64,000 bases of DNA from Desulfobulbaceae bacterium (GTDB lineage Bacteria > Desulfobacterota > Desulfobulbia > Desulfobulbales > Desulfocapsaceae). The notes under the pieces were generated by a model. It was not told the origin of the DNA, ran no database searches, and saw only the letters and a program-made list of their open reading frames with translations. Location: positions 29,261-93,260 of the forward strand of contig WBUQ01000004.1 of assembly GCA_008933635.1 (NCBI GenBank), in the 5' to 3' direction. Below, piece after piece: positions 50,685-60,086 of the stretch (the first letter of the stretch is position 1; every line of letters begins with the position of its first letter). The position numbers and the translations under genes are program-made.

Positions 50685-53600
50685 ACGACAGGCATCCAGA
50701 CAGAAAGATTGCCCTTGACTGGCTCTCTGGATGGAGGATCGGCGGATTGGATATCACCGGAACCGACCTTCACCTTCCGCGGGAAAGCGAGGTACGGAAT
50801 GATGGCTTCATTTTTCAAGCCGCCAATGCCATCATAGGTAATCGACACAACGGGAACACCGGTCCTCCGCTCGATTTCCCCGCGCATGGCCTCTGTGATC
50901 AGGGAGGCACAGCACAAGGCCGGACTGGTCTGCACAAAGAGAGCGACATCCGGGTAGTGTTTTTTGATGTAGTGTATCTTGAGAAGATTATCCATCGATT
51001 CGCCGGTGTTCTCAACCGAAATCCGGTACTCGGCCAGGATCTGTTCAGGGTCGTCGGCATACTCGAACTCCTCCTCGCCAAGGATGCGGTTGAAGATGCG
51101 GAAATACGCCTTTTCCATCTGGGTCATGGTCGCCAGCAGGGTCCGGTAGGACAGAAGATCGAGATACTTTCCCTCGTTGAACCACTTGCGGAAATACGTG
51201 CAGGCGATCATCTTGGCATAACAGCTGTACGGGGTAGTGATGACCTCCCCGCCGTTTTGCTCGATGAACCTGATCAGATCCTGGTTCATGACGCGGTTGT
51301 CGCGGACATAGAGGTCGCCAAAAATGGCGACCTTTGGCCGCTTCTCGGATATGGTGTCGATCCACTCGAAATGGGAGATGATCTCTGCCAGGGCATCCTC
51401 CTTGTCCCGCTTGCCCTCGAAGGCATCCGACAGAATCCGGATGCTTTTGTCGAGCACCCGGTCGGTCTCCCCTTTTTCCCTTTCGTAGGGGCGTATCCGG
51501 CACGCCACCTTGCGCAGCATACCGCCGAACATGTACGCGAAATAGGCGCTCATCGTCGCCTTCAGCGAAATATCCGAAAACGACAGCTGGCCGCTAAAGA
51601 CTGCCGCCTCCTCCATCCCCCTTCCCTGTTGCCTCAGGATCTGCCGGATGTGATGAGGGTAAAGGCGGATATTGCAGGCGAGGGTAGATCGGTTGAGCCA
51701 GAGGACGGTATCGGCCGGATCGAGGCCATGGCTATCGATGCAGTTCATATACCCCTGGGCAATGGCGTTGAGCGGAATGCACTGACCGGTATTGTGCTTC
51801 AGGCTCTCGCGGATCGACTGCTCGCTCTCTTCCATCAGGATCGCGTTATAACCCTCGCGCCGGAGTGTGGCTGTCAGCAGACTGCAAGTCAGCCGGTCCC
51901 AGTTCGGAAAGACCACGTTTTTCCGGGTCAGGCCGGGCTCCAGGCTGGGGTTGACCGCGGCATAGTCGACCGGCAGCGTCCTCCTGCCGGCCTGCCGCCG
52001 GTGGTGGTTGCGAAAAGCCCGGATCGCCGCCTCGATCCTCGTCTCGTAACCGACGCTTGAGTCATGTTCATCCAGTTCCAGGATGAGATACGGCTTGCCA
52101 TGTGCCTCCATGATGGCCTTGAAATATTCCACCCCGAAAGAATCGGGTGAGCATTTAAAGGATGTGACGTAAACGGGGTAGAGACCGTCACTGGCAGCAA
52201 CCATCGATGCCGCCTCGAGGATTTTGGACGCATGCTCCCAATGCAGCTCCTGCAGCAGCGGCTTCAGCGCGGCAGTCTGCTGCGGATCAACCGGCAGCAT
52301 GTCCTGGTAGTAGGCGTCGATGCCGAGACTGGCGAAAATTTCGGGAATGCCGCAGTTGAGCCCGGGCGACAGGACGGTATAGGGGCGACCGACCAGCACC
52401 ACGCTGATCCCGCTGCCGGTTGCCAGCCGTTGCCGGCATATTTCCTGATAGCCTTCGCGACATTGCCGGTCGAAATCACCGGCCCGGTCGTAGGCCATCG
52501 AGACATCAAGAAAACCGATGGTTGTCCTGCTGATCTTCCGCAACATCCGGTAGAGTTGGACCTTGGCATGGAATGACGTATAGAGATATTTCACCAAAGG
52601 GGTGAGCACCCGTCCTTCCTCGCCATCCAATGCCTGAGAGACCAGCGGGGCGAGAAACTGGGTGTAGTAACAGTACTGGCGACGGCCATCCCTGCTCCGA
52701 GTTTCAAGATAGATTGGCAGGAAGACGAAATCGACACGTTCAAGCAGCCAGGCGATATGCCCGTGCATCGAAGCAACCGGCGCACAGAATTCAGCCCGGC
52801 TGATCGACTTGCCGGCCTTCAGTCCGCCGCGGTAAGACTCGCTCGATACGGTACGGATTCCGAGGAGATCAAAGAATTTCCGCCAGAACGGCAAATCGTC
52901 GACCATATGCACTGCTGCCGGCAAACCGACGACGATATTTTTACCCTTCCTGGCCTCCGGCCGGAAGGCCGATATCCTGCCGCGCTCCCGAAGCAGGCTA
53001 AAAGCTGCGCCCTGAGAATGCTTGCTGGTTGTGTCGCTGTCGTCACGGCCGCAGAGAAAGCCGTAGGCGACCCTGCTGCCATCGATATTGGCGATGCTGA
53101 TTTTGCAATGATTGGTGCAGAGGTCGCAGACTTCGCCGCTGATTTTGATCTCACGGCGCCAGAGGTCGAAACCGATGAACGAGCTTGAGCTTTTCTGGAG
53201 CTCATCATGAAGGATGAGGGCCGTGCCGAGAGCTCCCGTGAGATGGCAGAACTTGGAAACCAGAATTGGTCGGCCGAGCCGCTGCTCGAAAGCTGCAACC
53301 AGGGCCTTGTTTTTTGCCGTAGCTCCCTGAAAATAAATAGTTGAACCGATCAGTTTCTCGGTCGCCACTTTCAGAAGATAGTTTTCGCAAACCGAATGCA
53401 GGGCAGAAGCCAGGACCTCGTCGACGGCATAACCCTCGCTCAGATAGTGATTGATATCCCGTTCCATGAAAACCGTGCAGCGGTCGCTGGCCAGCGGTGA
53501 CGGCGTATTTTCCGCACGCCTTGAATACTCCCGCACATGGCAGCCGAGCCGTAAGGCCTGTTCCTCGATAAAGGAACCTGTGCCGGCGGCACAGACATTG

Positions 53601-54976
53601 TTCATCGTCGAAAACGTCACCTGTCCGTCCCGCATCGTCGTAAACTTGGCATCCTGCCCTCCGATTTCGATGATCGTATCGACTTCGGGATTAAGCTGAC
53701 AGGCAGCCCGCGCATGGGCGGTGATCTCGTCGATTACCGCGTCGGCGCCGATGATCTTGCCGACAAACTTCCGGCCGCTGCCGGTGGTACCGCAGTGGAT
53801 CACCTCGAACTTCACTGCCCTGCGGCGGCTGATCGCTTCGACGGCCCGAAAGATGTCCTGCACCGCTACAACCGGCTGACCGGCGGTCCGGGTATAGAGA
53901 CCTGCGAGCACGTTGAGGGACCTGTCCATCAGAACCGCCTTGGTGCTGGTCGATCCGATATCCATGCCGAGATAAATCTCGACCCGCGACCCTTCTGCCA
54001 GCCCGGCATACAAGTCCACCTCGACCGGCAGACGCGTGCCTTCGGTAAACTCGTACTGTTCCTCACCGGCAAAATCGGGATAGGCGGACAGCTCCACCTG
54101 CAACGGGGGGTACTGGTATTCCTTTGGCGTTGCTTTGAACTCCAGCAGCAGATCCTCCGGGATTTTCAGGACAAGAGGGCGCAGATCGTCGAGACGGCGC
54201 TCCCGAAGGTCATCCATCAGGACAAAGGCGCAGCCGATGGCACCATAGACATGTCCCTTCTCAGGGATTTTCAATGTCAGGCCGGAGAATTGGCTGACAT
54301 ATTTCACCACCGCCGGATTACAGCCCACCCCGCCGCAGAAGATCACATCTCCTTCGATCCTCCGATTCAGCGCCAGTGTATCGACGATATTCTTGGCCAA
54401 ACCACGGCACAGCCCGTCACTGATCTGGGCTATGCGGTACCCCTCCTGCTGGGCATGGATCAGGTCGGTCTTGGCGAAGACGGCACAGCGCGAAGCGATC
54501 TGCGGGCACGCTTCGCAGTTGCCGGCCGCCAGCCGTCCCAGTTCCTCGACACCTGAAAGACCGAGCCTGCCCGCCTGCTGATCGAGGAAGCTGCCGGTGC
54601 CGGCGGCACAGGAGGTATTCGACCTGCTGCCGAGATACTGTCCGTCACTGTCGAATTCCGAAAAGCTGAATTTCTCGCCGCCGACCAGGAGCATCCCCCG
54701 CAGACCGGGATGAAGATGGCGACAGGCGCTGACGCAGGCGATCTGGTTGTTGCAGCGCCGCTGAATCCTGAGGAATCCGGGCGCCGAAGCCGTTGCCGCC
54801 ACATGGGAAATGGAAGGGAGATCGATCTCCGCCAACATCGACAGCACAGTCCCTTTGACATCGCCGTGATGAAAACGGTAGATCGTCTGGAAAACCGTCG
54901 ACTCCGAAGTAACCACCGCCATTCCGACCGCCACGGAACCGATGTCGATGCCGAGCACCTGCCGTACGTCGTTCAT
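50675..54976 (-). CDS. Fused double BcrAD/BadFG-type ATPase (dehydratase activase) plus DUF2229/HgdB-like domains ('CoA-substrate-specific enzyme activase' giant family)
   Basis: 1433 aa. There are two ASKHA repeats (LGIDIGSVAVG...CAAGTGSFLDQQA...CAVFA and LGMDIGSTSTKAV...CAAGTGSFIEEQA...CTVFM). A Cys-rich segment follows (CDLCTNHCKI...FLCGRD), then about 700 aa of dehydratase-component-like sequence. GGAGGGAGGAA lies directly upstream of ATG 54976. Confidence 0.85.
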   Translation of the reverse strand: MNDVRQVLGIDIGSVAVGMAVVTSESTVFQTIYRFHHGDVKGTVLSMLAEIDLPSISHVAATASAPGFLRIQRRCNNQIACVSACRHLHPGLRGMLLVGGEKFSFSEFDSDGQYLGSRSNTSCAAGTGSFLDQQAGRLGLSGVEELGRLAAGNCEACPQIASRCAVFAKTDLIHAQQEGYRIAQISDGLCRGLAKNIVDTLALNRRIEGDVIFCGGVGCNPAVVKYVSQFSGLTLKIPEKGHVYGAIGCAFVLMDDLRERRLDDLRPLVLKIPEDLLLEFKATPKEYQYPPLQVELSAYPDFAGEEQYEFTEGTRLPVEVDLYAGLAEGSRVEIYLGMDIGSTSTKAVLMDRSLNVLAGLYTRTAGQPVVAVQDIFRAVEAISRRRAVKFEVIHCGTTGSGRKFVGKIIGADAVIDEITAHARAACQLNPEVDTIIEIGGQDAKFTTMRDGQVTFSTMNNVCAAGTGSFIEEQALRLGCHVREYSRRAENTPSPLASDRCTVFMERDINHYLSEGYAVDEVLASALHSVCENYLLKVATEKLIGSTIYFQGATAKNKALVAAFEQRLGRPILVSKFCHLTGALGTALILHDELQKSSSSFIGFDLWRREIKISGEVCDLCTNHCKISIANIDGSRVAYGFLCGRDDSDTTSKHSQGAAFSLLRERGRISAFRPEARKGKNIVVGLPAAVHMVDDLPFWRKFFDLLGIRTVSSESYRGGLKAGKSISRAEFCAPVASMHGHIAWLLERVDFVFLPIYLETRSRDGRRQYCYYTQFLAPLVSQALDGEEGRVLTPLVKYLYTSFHAKVQLYRMLRKISRTTIGFLDVSMAYDRAGDFDRQCREGYQEICRQRLATGSGISVVLVGRPYTVLSPGLNCGIPEIFASLGIDAYYQDMLPVDPQQTAALKPLLQELHWEHASKILEAASMVAASDGLYPVYVTSFKCSPDSFGVEYFKAIMEAHGKPYLILELDEHDSSVGYETRIEAAIRAFRNHHRRQAGRRTLPVDYAAVNPSLEPGLTRKNVVFPNWDRLTCSLLTATLRREGYNAILMEESEQSIRESLKHNTGQCIPLNAIAQGYMNCIDSHGLDPADTVLWLNRSTLACNIRLYPHHIRQILRQQGRGMEEAAVFSGQLSFSDISLKATMSAYFAYMFGGMLRKVACRIRPYEREKGETDRVLDKSIRILSDAFEGKRDKEDALAEIISHFEWIDTISEKRPKVAIFGDLYVRDNRVMNQDLIRFIEQNGGEVITTPYSCYAKMIACTYFRKWFNEGKYLDLLSYRTLLATMTQMEKAYFRIFNRILGEEEFEYADDPEQILAEYRISVENTGESMDNLLKIHYIKKHYPDVALFVQTSPALCCASLITEAMRGEIERRTGVPVVSITYDGIGGLKNEAIIPYLAFPRKVKVGSGDIQSADPPSREPVKGNLSVWMPVVKK

Positions 54977-55033
54977 TGTTCCTCCCTCCATTTCCCCCGG
55001 ATCATACCGCAGCATCGGCCGTCAACCGCAGGA

Positions 55034-55507
55034 CTAGAGTTTTTCCCTGATCTCGTTCCAGAACTGCTCCACCCCGTTTTTCCAGCCTGTGACATATATC
55101 CTGAATGATTCACCGTTCCCCTCGGCCCCGGCTTCCAGCAACGTATTGTCCTCTACCCTCTCCTGGAAGAAACTGCCAAGGACCCGGTCTTTCACCGCAT
55201 TCTCGAGATCGGTCCAAGCTACGGCGTACATCAGTTCATCGTAATGGGCCGATCGAGCCCACAGCAGCCCGTCGCGCCGACCCGATTCGAAGAAGTTTCC
55301 CTCCGACCTGGCCTTTTCCTGTCGAAGACGCTCGATGATGTCGTGCAAACCCAGATCTTCCCGGATGCGCTTCTGGAAATCCTCTTTTCTCTGAATCGCC
55401 TCCATCACCGCATCCTGGAACATCTTGGAGAGATTGAATGATTCTCGCCATTTTTCCATTTTTTCATGCAGCATATCGGGAATGCTGACTGTGACCCGCT
55501 TGGCCAT
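55034..55507 (-). CDS. Ribbon-helix-helix (CopG/Arc-like) N-terminal domain protein
   Basis: MAKRVTVSIPDMLHEKMEKW resembles an RHH strand-helix. The remaining ~110 aa are unrecognised. It lies 57 nt upstream of the giant gene on the same strand. Confidence 0.55.
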   Translation of the reverse strand: MAKRVTVSIPDMLHEKMEKWRESFNLSKMFQDAVMEAIQRKEDFQKRIREDLGLHDIIERLRQEKARSEGNFFESGRRDGLLWARSAHYDELMYAVAWTDLENAVKDRVLGSFFQERVEDNTLLEAGAEGNGESFRIYVTGWKNGVEQFWNEIREKL

Positions 55508-55553
55508 ACATACCTCCTTGTAAAATTACATACTCATCTTTCCAATACGTATC

Positions 55554-56798
55554 ATGAGATTGAAAACGTGTCAATGTACCGCAGTGCAATACACCGGCCT
55601 CATCGTCAGCCGCGGTTTCGAGGTCATGCCGGATACTGCCTTCGCCAAGCCGCGCAGCCTCGACAACTGCGAATTCTGCGGCCAGTGCGACTCGGCGTGT
55701 CCCGCCGGCGCCCTCACTGACAGCAAGGGTCACGGTCTCGGCCGGGCCGGCGATGTCACCAAGGTCAAGGCTACCTGCACCTATTGTGGTACAGGCTGCA
55801 ATTTCTTTCTCAACTTCAGACATGACAGGGTGGTCCGGGTCACCTCAGATTTCAGCGCCCCGGTCAACCACGGCAATCTCTGTATCAAGGGCCGATACGG
55901 TTACGATCTCATCCATCCCCCCGGAAAACGCATTCGGACTCCGCTGATCAGGCAGGGAGAGGGGTGCCACGAAGCCAGCTGGGACGCAGCGCTGACCCTG
56001 GTCGCTTCCAGATTCAAGGAACTGGTCGACACCTAGGGACCTGAGAAGGTCGGCGGTTATTCATCTTCCCGCTGCGCCAACGAAGAGAATTTTCTGCTGT
56101 CGAAATGGGTGAGGACAGCGGTCGGCTCCAACAATGTCGATAACTGTGCCCGGGAGTGGGAAGTGCTTTGCCGGATATCGACCCTGATGGGCTACCCGAT
56201 GTTCTACTACCACCCCTCCGAAATCATGGACGAGATCGCCTCGCTGGTATCAATCTACGGCGGCATCAGCTATGACCGTCTGGAGGAGAGAGGAATCCAG
56301 TGGCCCTGCCCGACCAAGGATCATCCCGGCACCACAACCCTCTGCACCGACCTGTTCCCCAGGCCTGGGGCAAGGCGACATTCATGGCCCTTGACCACCA
56401 GGGATCTGGGGAGACTCCCGATGAACAGTACCCCTATGTCCTGATCACCGGCCGCATCCGCGAACATTACAACAACGGTTCGATGACCAGGAGATCGCTG
56501 GGCATCAGCGACGTGGCGCCTGAAGAACTGGCCGAGATCAGCTTTACCGACGCGGCATCCCTGGGAATCAACAACAGTGACTGGATCAGGTTTTCATCCC
56601 GGCCGGCGAGTCAGGGTGCGCACCAAAGTCTGCGAGCGCAGTCAGTCCGGCAATGTTTTCATGAACTTCCATCACCAGAACGCTTTAACCAACATCCTCA
56701 CATCTGGTTTTCGCGACCCTATCACCGGGACGCCGGAATATAAATCCTGCGCGGTTCGGATCGAACCATTGCGCCAGACCGAAGATGTCGTACCGTAA
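55554..56798 (+). pseudogene. Decayed formate dehydrogenase alpha subunit (molybdopterin oxidoreductase)
   Basis: FdhA-like segments survive: CEFCGQCDSACPAGAL, TCTYCGTGCNF, NHGNLCIKGR and RCANEENFLLSKW...NNVDNCAR. The lesions are listed below.
- An in-frame TAG at 56034.
- The junction CAR|EWEVL skips the catalytic Sec/Cys region and several hundred residues.
- Frameshifts near 56355 and 56595.
- The C-terminal VFMNFHH...PEYKSCAVRIE is still readable in a third frame. Confidence 0.8.
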
Positions 56799-56846
56799 TC
56801 ATTAGGGAAGAAACAAACGGAAAAGGTCAAATGAACAGGAAGTATC

Positions 56847-58274
56847 ATGATGGAACACAAATTATATATCGATGGCACATGGATCGCCGGTGGTCCGCCT
56901 CTTGAAGTCAGAAACAAATACTCCGGGGAGGTTGTTGCCACCATCGCCACAGCCGGGAAAGTCGAGGTCGATGCGGCCATCAACGCGGCCGTCCGGGCCA
57001 AAACGGTCATGGCGGAAATGCCGGCCTGGCAGCGAGCTGAGATACTGCTGCGAACAGCGTCACTGCTGCGCGAACAGGCGGACGATATCGCCGCCACCAT
57101 CGCCGTCGAGGCAGGCAAAGCGATCAAGCACGCCCGGGTCGAGGTCGACCGGGCCCAGAGCACCTTCACCATAGCCGCCGAGGAGGCGAAACGGCTGCAC
57201 GGCGAAACCGTGCCGCTCGATGCGGTTCCCTCCGGGGTCGGGTATTTCGGCTTCTGGACCAGACGACCCGTCGGCGTCATCGTCGCGATCAGCCCTTTCA
57301 ACTTTCCGCTCAACCTCGTCTCCCACAAGGTAGCCCCGGCACTCGCTGCCGGCAATACCGTGATCCTCAAACCGGCCAGCAGCACCCCGCTGACCGCCGT
57401 CAAACTCTGCCGGATCCTGGAAGAGGCCGGCCTGCCGGCCGGTGCCATAAACCTGGTGATCGGCTCCGGCAGCACTGTCGGCGAATGGCTGATCACCGAC
57501 CCGCGAGTGGACAAGATCACCTTTACCGGCAGCCCAGCGGTCGGTCGCCATATCCTCAGTGTCGCCGGCCTCAAGAAGGTGACATTGGAACTGGGCAATG
57601 CCTCGCCGGTGGTGATCGCAGCCGACGCCGATCTCGACCTCGCCGCCAGGCGCTGTGCCTTCGGCGCCTTCTACAACGCAGGTCAGGTCTGCATCTCGGT
57701 ACAACGGATCTACTGCGAGCAGCAGGTGTATCAGGCATTCCTTGAACGGTTCGCAGATGCCACAGCCGCCCTCAAAACCGGCAATCCGCTTGAGGATGAG
57801 GTTGACGTGGGGCCGATGATCGACAGCAGGGAAATCGAGCGGGTCACCGGCTGGATCGATGAGGCGCTGGCTGCCGGAGCACAGCGGGTGCTGGGCGGTG
57901 AGCGTCAAAAGACAATCCTGCCGCCAACCATCCTCACCGACGTCGATCCGACCATGAGGATCGTTCGCGAGGAGGCATTCGGACCTGTAGTCTCAGTCTT
58001 CAACTGCCCCGATTTCGAAAATGCCCTGCGTCAAGCCGGCGATTCGCGCTTCGCCCTGCAGGCAGGCGTCTTCACCGCCGATCTCGACCGGGCCTTCAAC
58101 GCAATCCGGCAGCTCAATTTCGGCGGAGTCATCATCAACGACATCCCCTCGTTCCGGGCCGACCACATGCCCTACGGCGGCAACCGCGAAAGCGGTCTCG
58201 GCCGGGAAGGCGTTCGCTTCGCGATGGAAGAAATGACCACTATCCAGATGGTGGCGATACGCACACGACACTGA
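56847..58274 (+). CDS. NAD(P)-dependent aldehyde dehydrogenase
   Basis: 475 aa. LELGNASP and YNAGQVCISVQR motifs (catalytic Glu and Cys). Confidence 0.9.
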   Translation: MMEHKLYIDGTWIAGGPPLEVRNKYSGEVVATIATAGKVEVDAAINAAVRAKTVMAEMPAWQRAEILLRTASLLREQADDIAATIAVEAGKAIKHARVEVDRAQSTFTIAAEEAKRLHGETVPLDAVPSGVGYFGFWTRRPVGVIVAISPFNFPLNLVSHKVAPALAAGNTVILKPASSTPLTAVKLCRILEEAGLPAGAINLVIGSGSTVGEWLITDPRVDKITFTGSPAVGRHILSVAGLKKVTLELGNASPVVIAADADLDLAARRCAFGAFYNAGQVCISVQRIYCEQQVYQAFLERFADATAALKTGNPLEDEVDVGPMIDSREIERVTGWIDEALAAGAQRVLGGERQKTILPPTILTDVDPTMRIVREEAFGPVVSVFNCPDFENALRQAGDSRFALQAGVFTADLDRAFNAIRQLNFGGVIINDIPSFRADHMPYGGNRESGLGREGVRFAMEEMTTIQMVAIRTRH

Positions 58275-58287
58275 AAGGATACGAACC

Positions 58288-59730
58288 ATGGAACACACGC
58301 TGTGGATAGACGGAAGATGGACTGCCGGCGAAATCGGCAGCCGGATGGCGGTTATCAACCCAGCCGACGGCGGGACCATCGCCGAGGTGGTGGATGCCGG
58401 CCGTGACGATGTCGACCGGGCGGTACGGGCAGCCCGCCGCGCCTTCGACGACGGCCGCTGGTCGCGTCTGACCCCGGCGGAGCGGAGTCTGAGGTTGTGG
58501 AAGCTGGCCGATCTCCTCGAGTCCAGGGCCGCGGAATTCGCCCGCCTGGAATCGCTCAACACCGGCAAACCCTACGCCCTGGTCAGCCTGGGGGCCGACC
58601 TGCCGTTCGCTGTCGACAACCTCCGCTTCTTCGCCGGGGCGGCCCGCGATACCCATGGATCCCGTGCCGGCGAATTCGCTCCCGGCGGCTACACCTCGAT
58701 CAGCCGTCGCGAACCGGTCGGCGTCGTCGGTCAGATTGCCCCGTGGAACTATCCGCTGATGATGGCGGTATGGAAACTGGGCCCGGCTTTGGCCGCCGGC
58801 TGCACCACGGTCCTGAAGCCGGCGTCGCTGACCCCGCTGACCACCCTGAAACTCGCAGAGCTGATCGCTGAGGCCGGCATTCCCGACGGTGTCGTCAACA
58901 TCATCACCGGGCGCAGCGCCGGCCAGGCCCTGGTCGAACATCCCGATGTCAGAATGATCAGCGTCACCGGCTCAACCGAAGCTGGCCAGTCGATCATGCG
59001 CACTTCTGCCGCGAGCCTGAAACGGGTTCACCTGGAACTGGGCGGCAAAGCCCCGGTACTGGTCTTTGCCGATGCCGATATCGGAAAAGCGGCCACAAAG
59101 GCGGCCATCGGCGCAACCTTCAACAGCGGCCAGGACTGTACCGCCGCCACCCGTCTCTACGTCGAGGAGAAGATACGCCCGCAGATGGAAGAAGCCCTGG
59201 TTGCGGCCATGCGCAGCCGAGTCATCGGCGAGCCCTTCGCTGAAACCACCGAGATGGGGCCGATGATCTCCAGCGGTCACCGTGACACGGTGCAGAGCTC
59301 CGTCGACCGTGCCCAATCCGCCGGCGCCAGGATTCTGACCGGCGGTGGGACACCGTCACATTGCCCGGCAGGTTCGTATTTCGAACCCACCGTCATCGCC
59401 GATGCCGATCAGCGGTCGGAGATCATCCAGCGCGAGGTCTTCGGGCCGGTCATAACCATCAACTCGTTCAGGGACGAGGATGAAGCGGTGCGTCTGGCCA
59501 ACGACGTGGTCTTCGGTCTCGCCGCCTCGGTCTTCACAGAGAACGCCGGCCGGGCGATGCGAGTCTCGGCCCGGCTGGAATTCGGCACGGTCTGGGTCAA
59601 CGACCACATTCCCCTGGCCTCCGAATTTCCGCACGGCGGCTTCAAGCAATCCGGATTCGGCAAGGACCTCTCCGTCGAGGCGATGGGCGATTATCAGGTT
59701 ACCAAGCACGTGATGATCGCCCACGACTGA
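58288..59730 (+). CDS. NAD(P)-dependent aldehyde dehydrogenase (aminobutyraldehyde/betaine-aldehyde DH-like)
   Basis: 480 aa. LELGGKAP and NSGQDCTAATR motifs. Confidence 0.9.
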   Translation: MEHTLWIDGRWTAGEIGSRMAVINPADGGTIAEVVDAGRDDVDRAVRAARRAFDDGRWSRLTPAERSLRLWKLADLLESRAAEFARLESLNTGKPYALVSLGADLPFAVDNLRFFAGAARDTHGSRAGEFAPGGYTSISRREPVGVVGQIAPWNYPLMMAVWKLGPALAAGCTTVLKPASLTPLTTLKLAELIAEAGIPDGVVNIITGRSAGQALVEHPDVRMISVTGSTEAGQSIMRTSAASLKRVHLELGGKAPVLVFADADIGKAATKAAIGATFNSGQDCTAATRLYVEEKIRPQMEEALVAAMRSRVIGEPFAETTEMGPMISSGHRDTVQSSVDRAQSAGARILTGGGTPSHCPAGSYFEPTVIADADQRSEIIQREVFGPVITINSFRDEDEAVRLANDVVFGLAASVFTENAGRAMRVSARLEFGTVWVNDHIPLASEFPHGGFKQSGFGKDLSVEAMGDYQVTKHVMIAHD

Positions 59731-59750
59731 CCTCTGCTTCGACCTGCAAT

Positions 59751-60086
59751 TCAGTCCGTTGAGCGGGGCGAGTCCGTGAAGGCGGTCAATCCGGCAAAGA
59801 CCGGATGGTCGCCTTCGTGCCGCTGCACGGCAAGGACATCGGGGAGTTTCTGCAGCTGCTTGACTACCTGCTCGAGCTTCTCCGCCTCGTTGACCTGCAG
59901 CCACATCCGGCTCATTGCGCCGGTTCCGACCGGCATACAGACGATCCCCTCGAGATTGTAGGCCCGGCGTGAAAAAAGCCCGCAGATATGCGACATCACC
60001 CCAGGGTGGTTGTTGACCGTCAACTCCAGTACCATGCCGGCGGCAGCCGGTATTCGACAATTTTCAAGCCTGACATTTCTCGACAT
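59751..60086 (-). CDS. ilvN: Acetolactate synthase small subunit, IlvN type
   Basis: LELTVNNHPGVMSHICGLFSRRAYNLEGIVCMP...WLQVN...LEQVVKQLQKLPDVLAVQR closely parallels E. coli IlvN. GGGAGG lies 6 nt upstream of ATG 60086. It overlaps ilvB by 23 nt. Confidence 0.8.
   Translation of the reverse strand: MSRNVRLENCRIPAAAGMVLELTVNNHPGVMSHICGLFSRRAYNLEGIVCMPVGTGAMSRMWLQVNEAEKLEQVVKQLQKLPDVLAVQRHEGDHPVFAGLTAFTDSPRSTD

Noticed and set aside
56034-56036. In-frame TAG in the FDH gene as possible pyrrolysine or recoding
   Set aside because: The position aligns with a conserved Tyr (a TAY to TAG change). The gene also carries a large internal deletion and two frameshifts, and no pyl genes are in view. 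A nonsense mutation in a pseudogene is the simpler reading.
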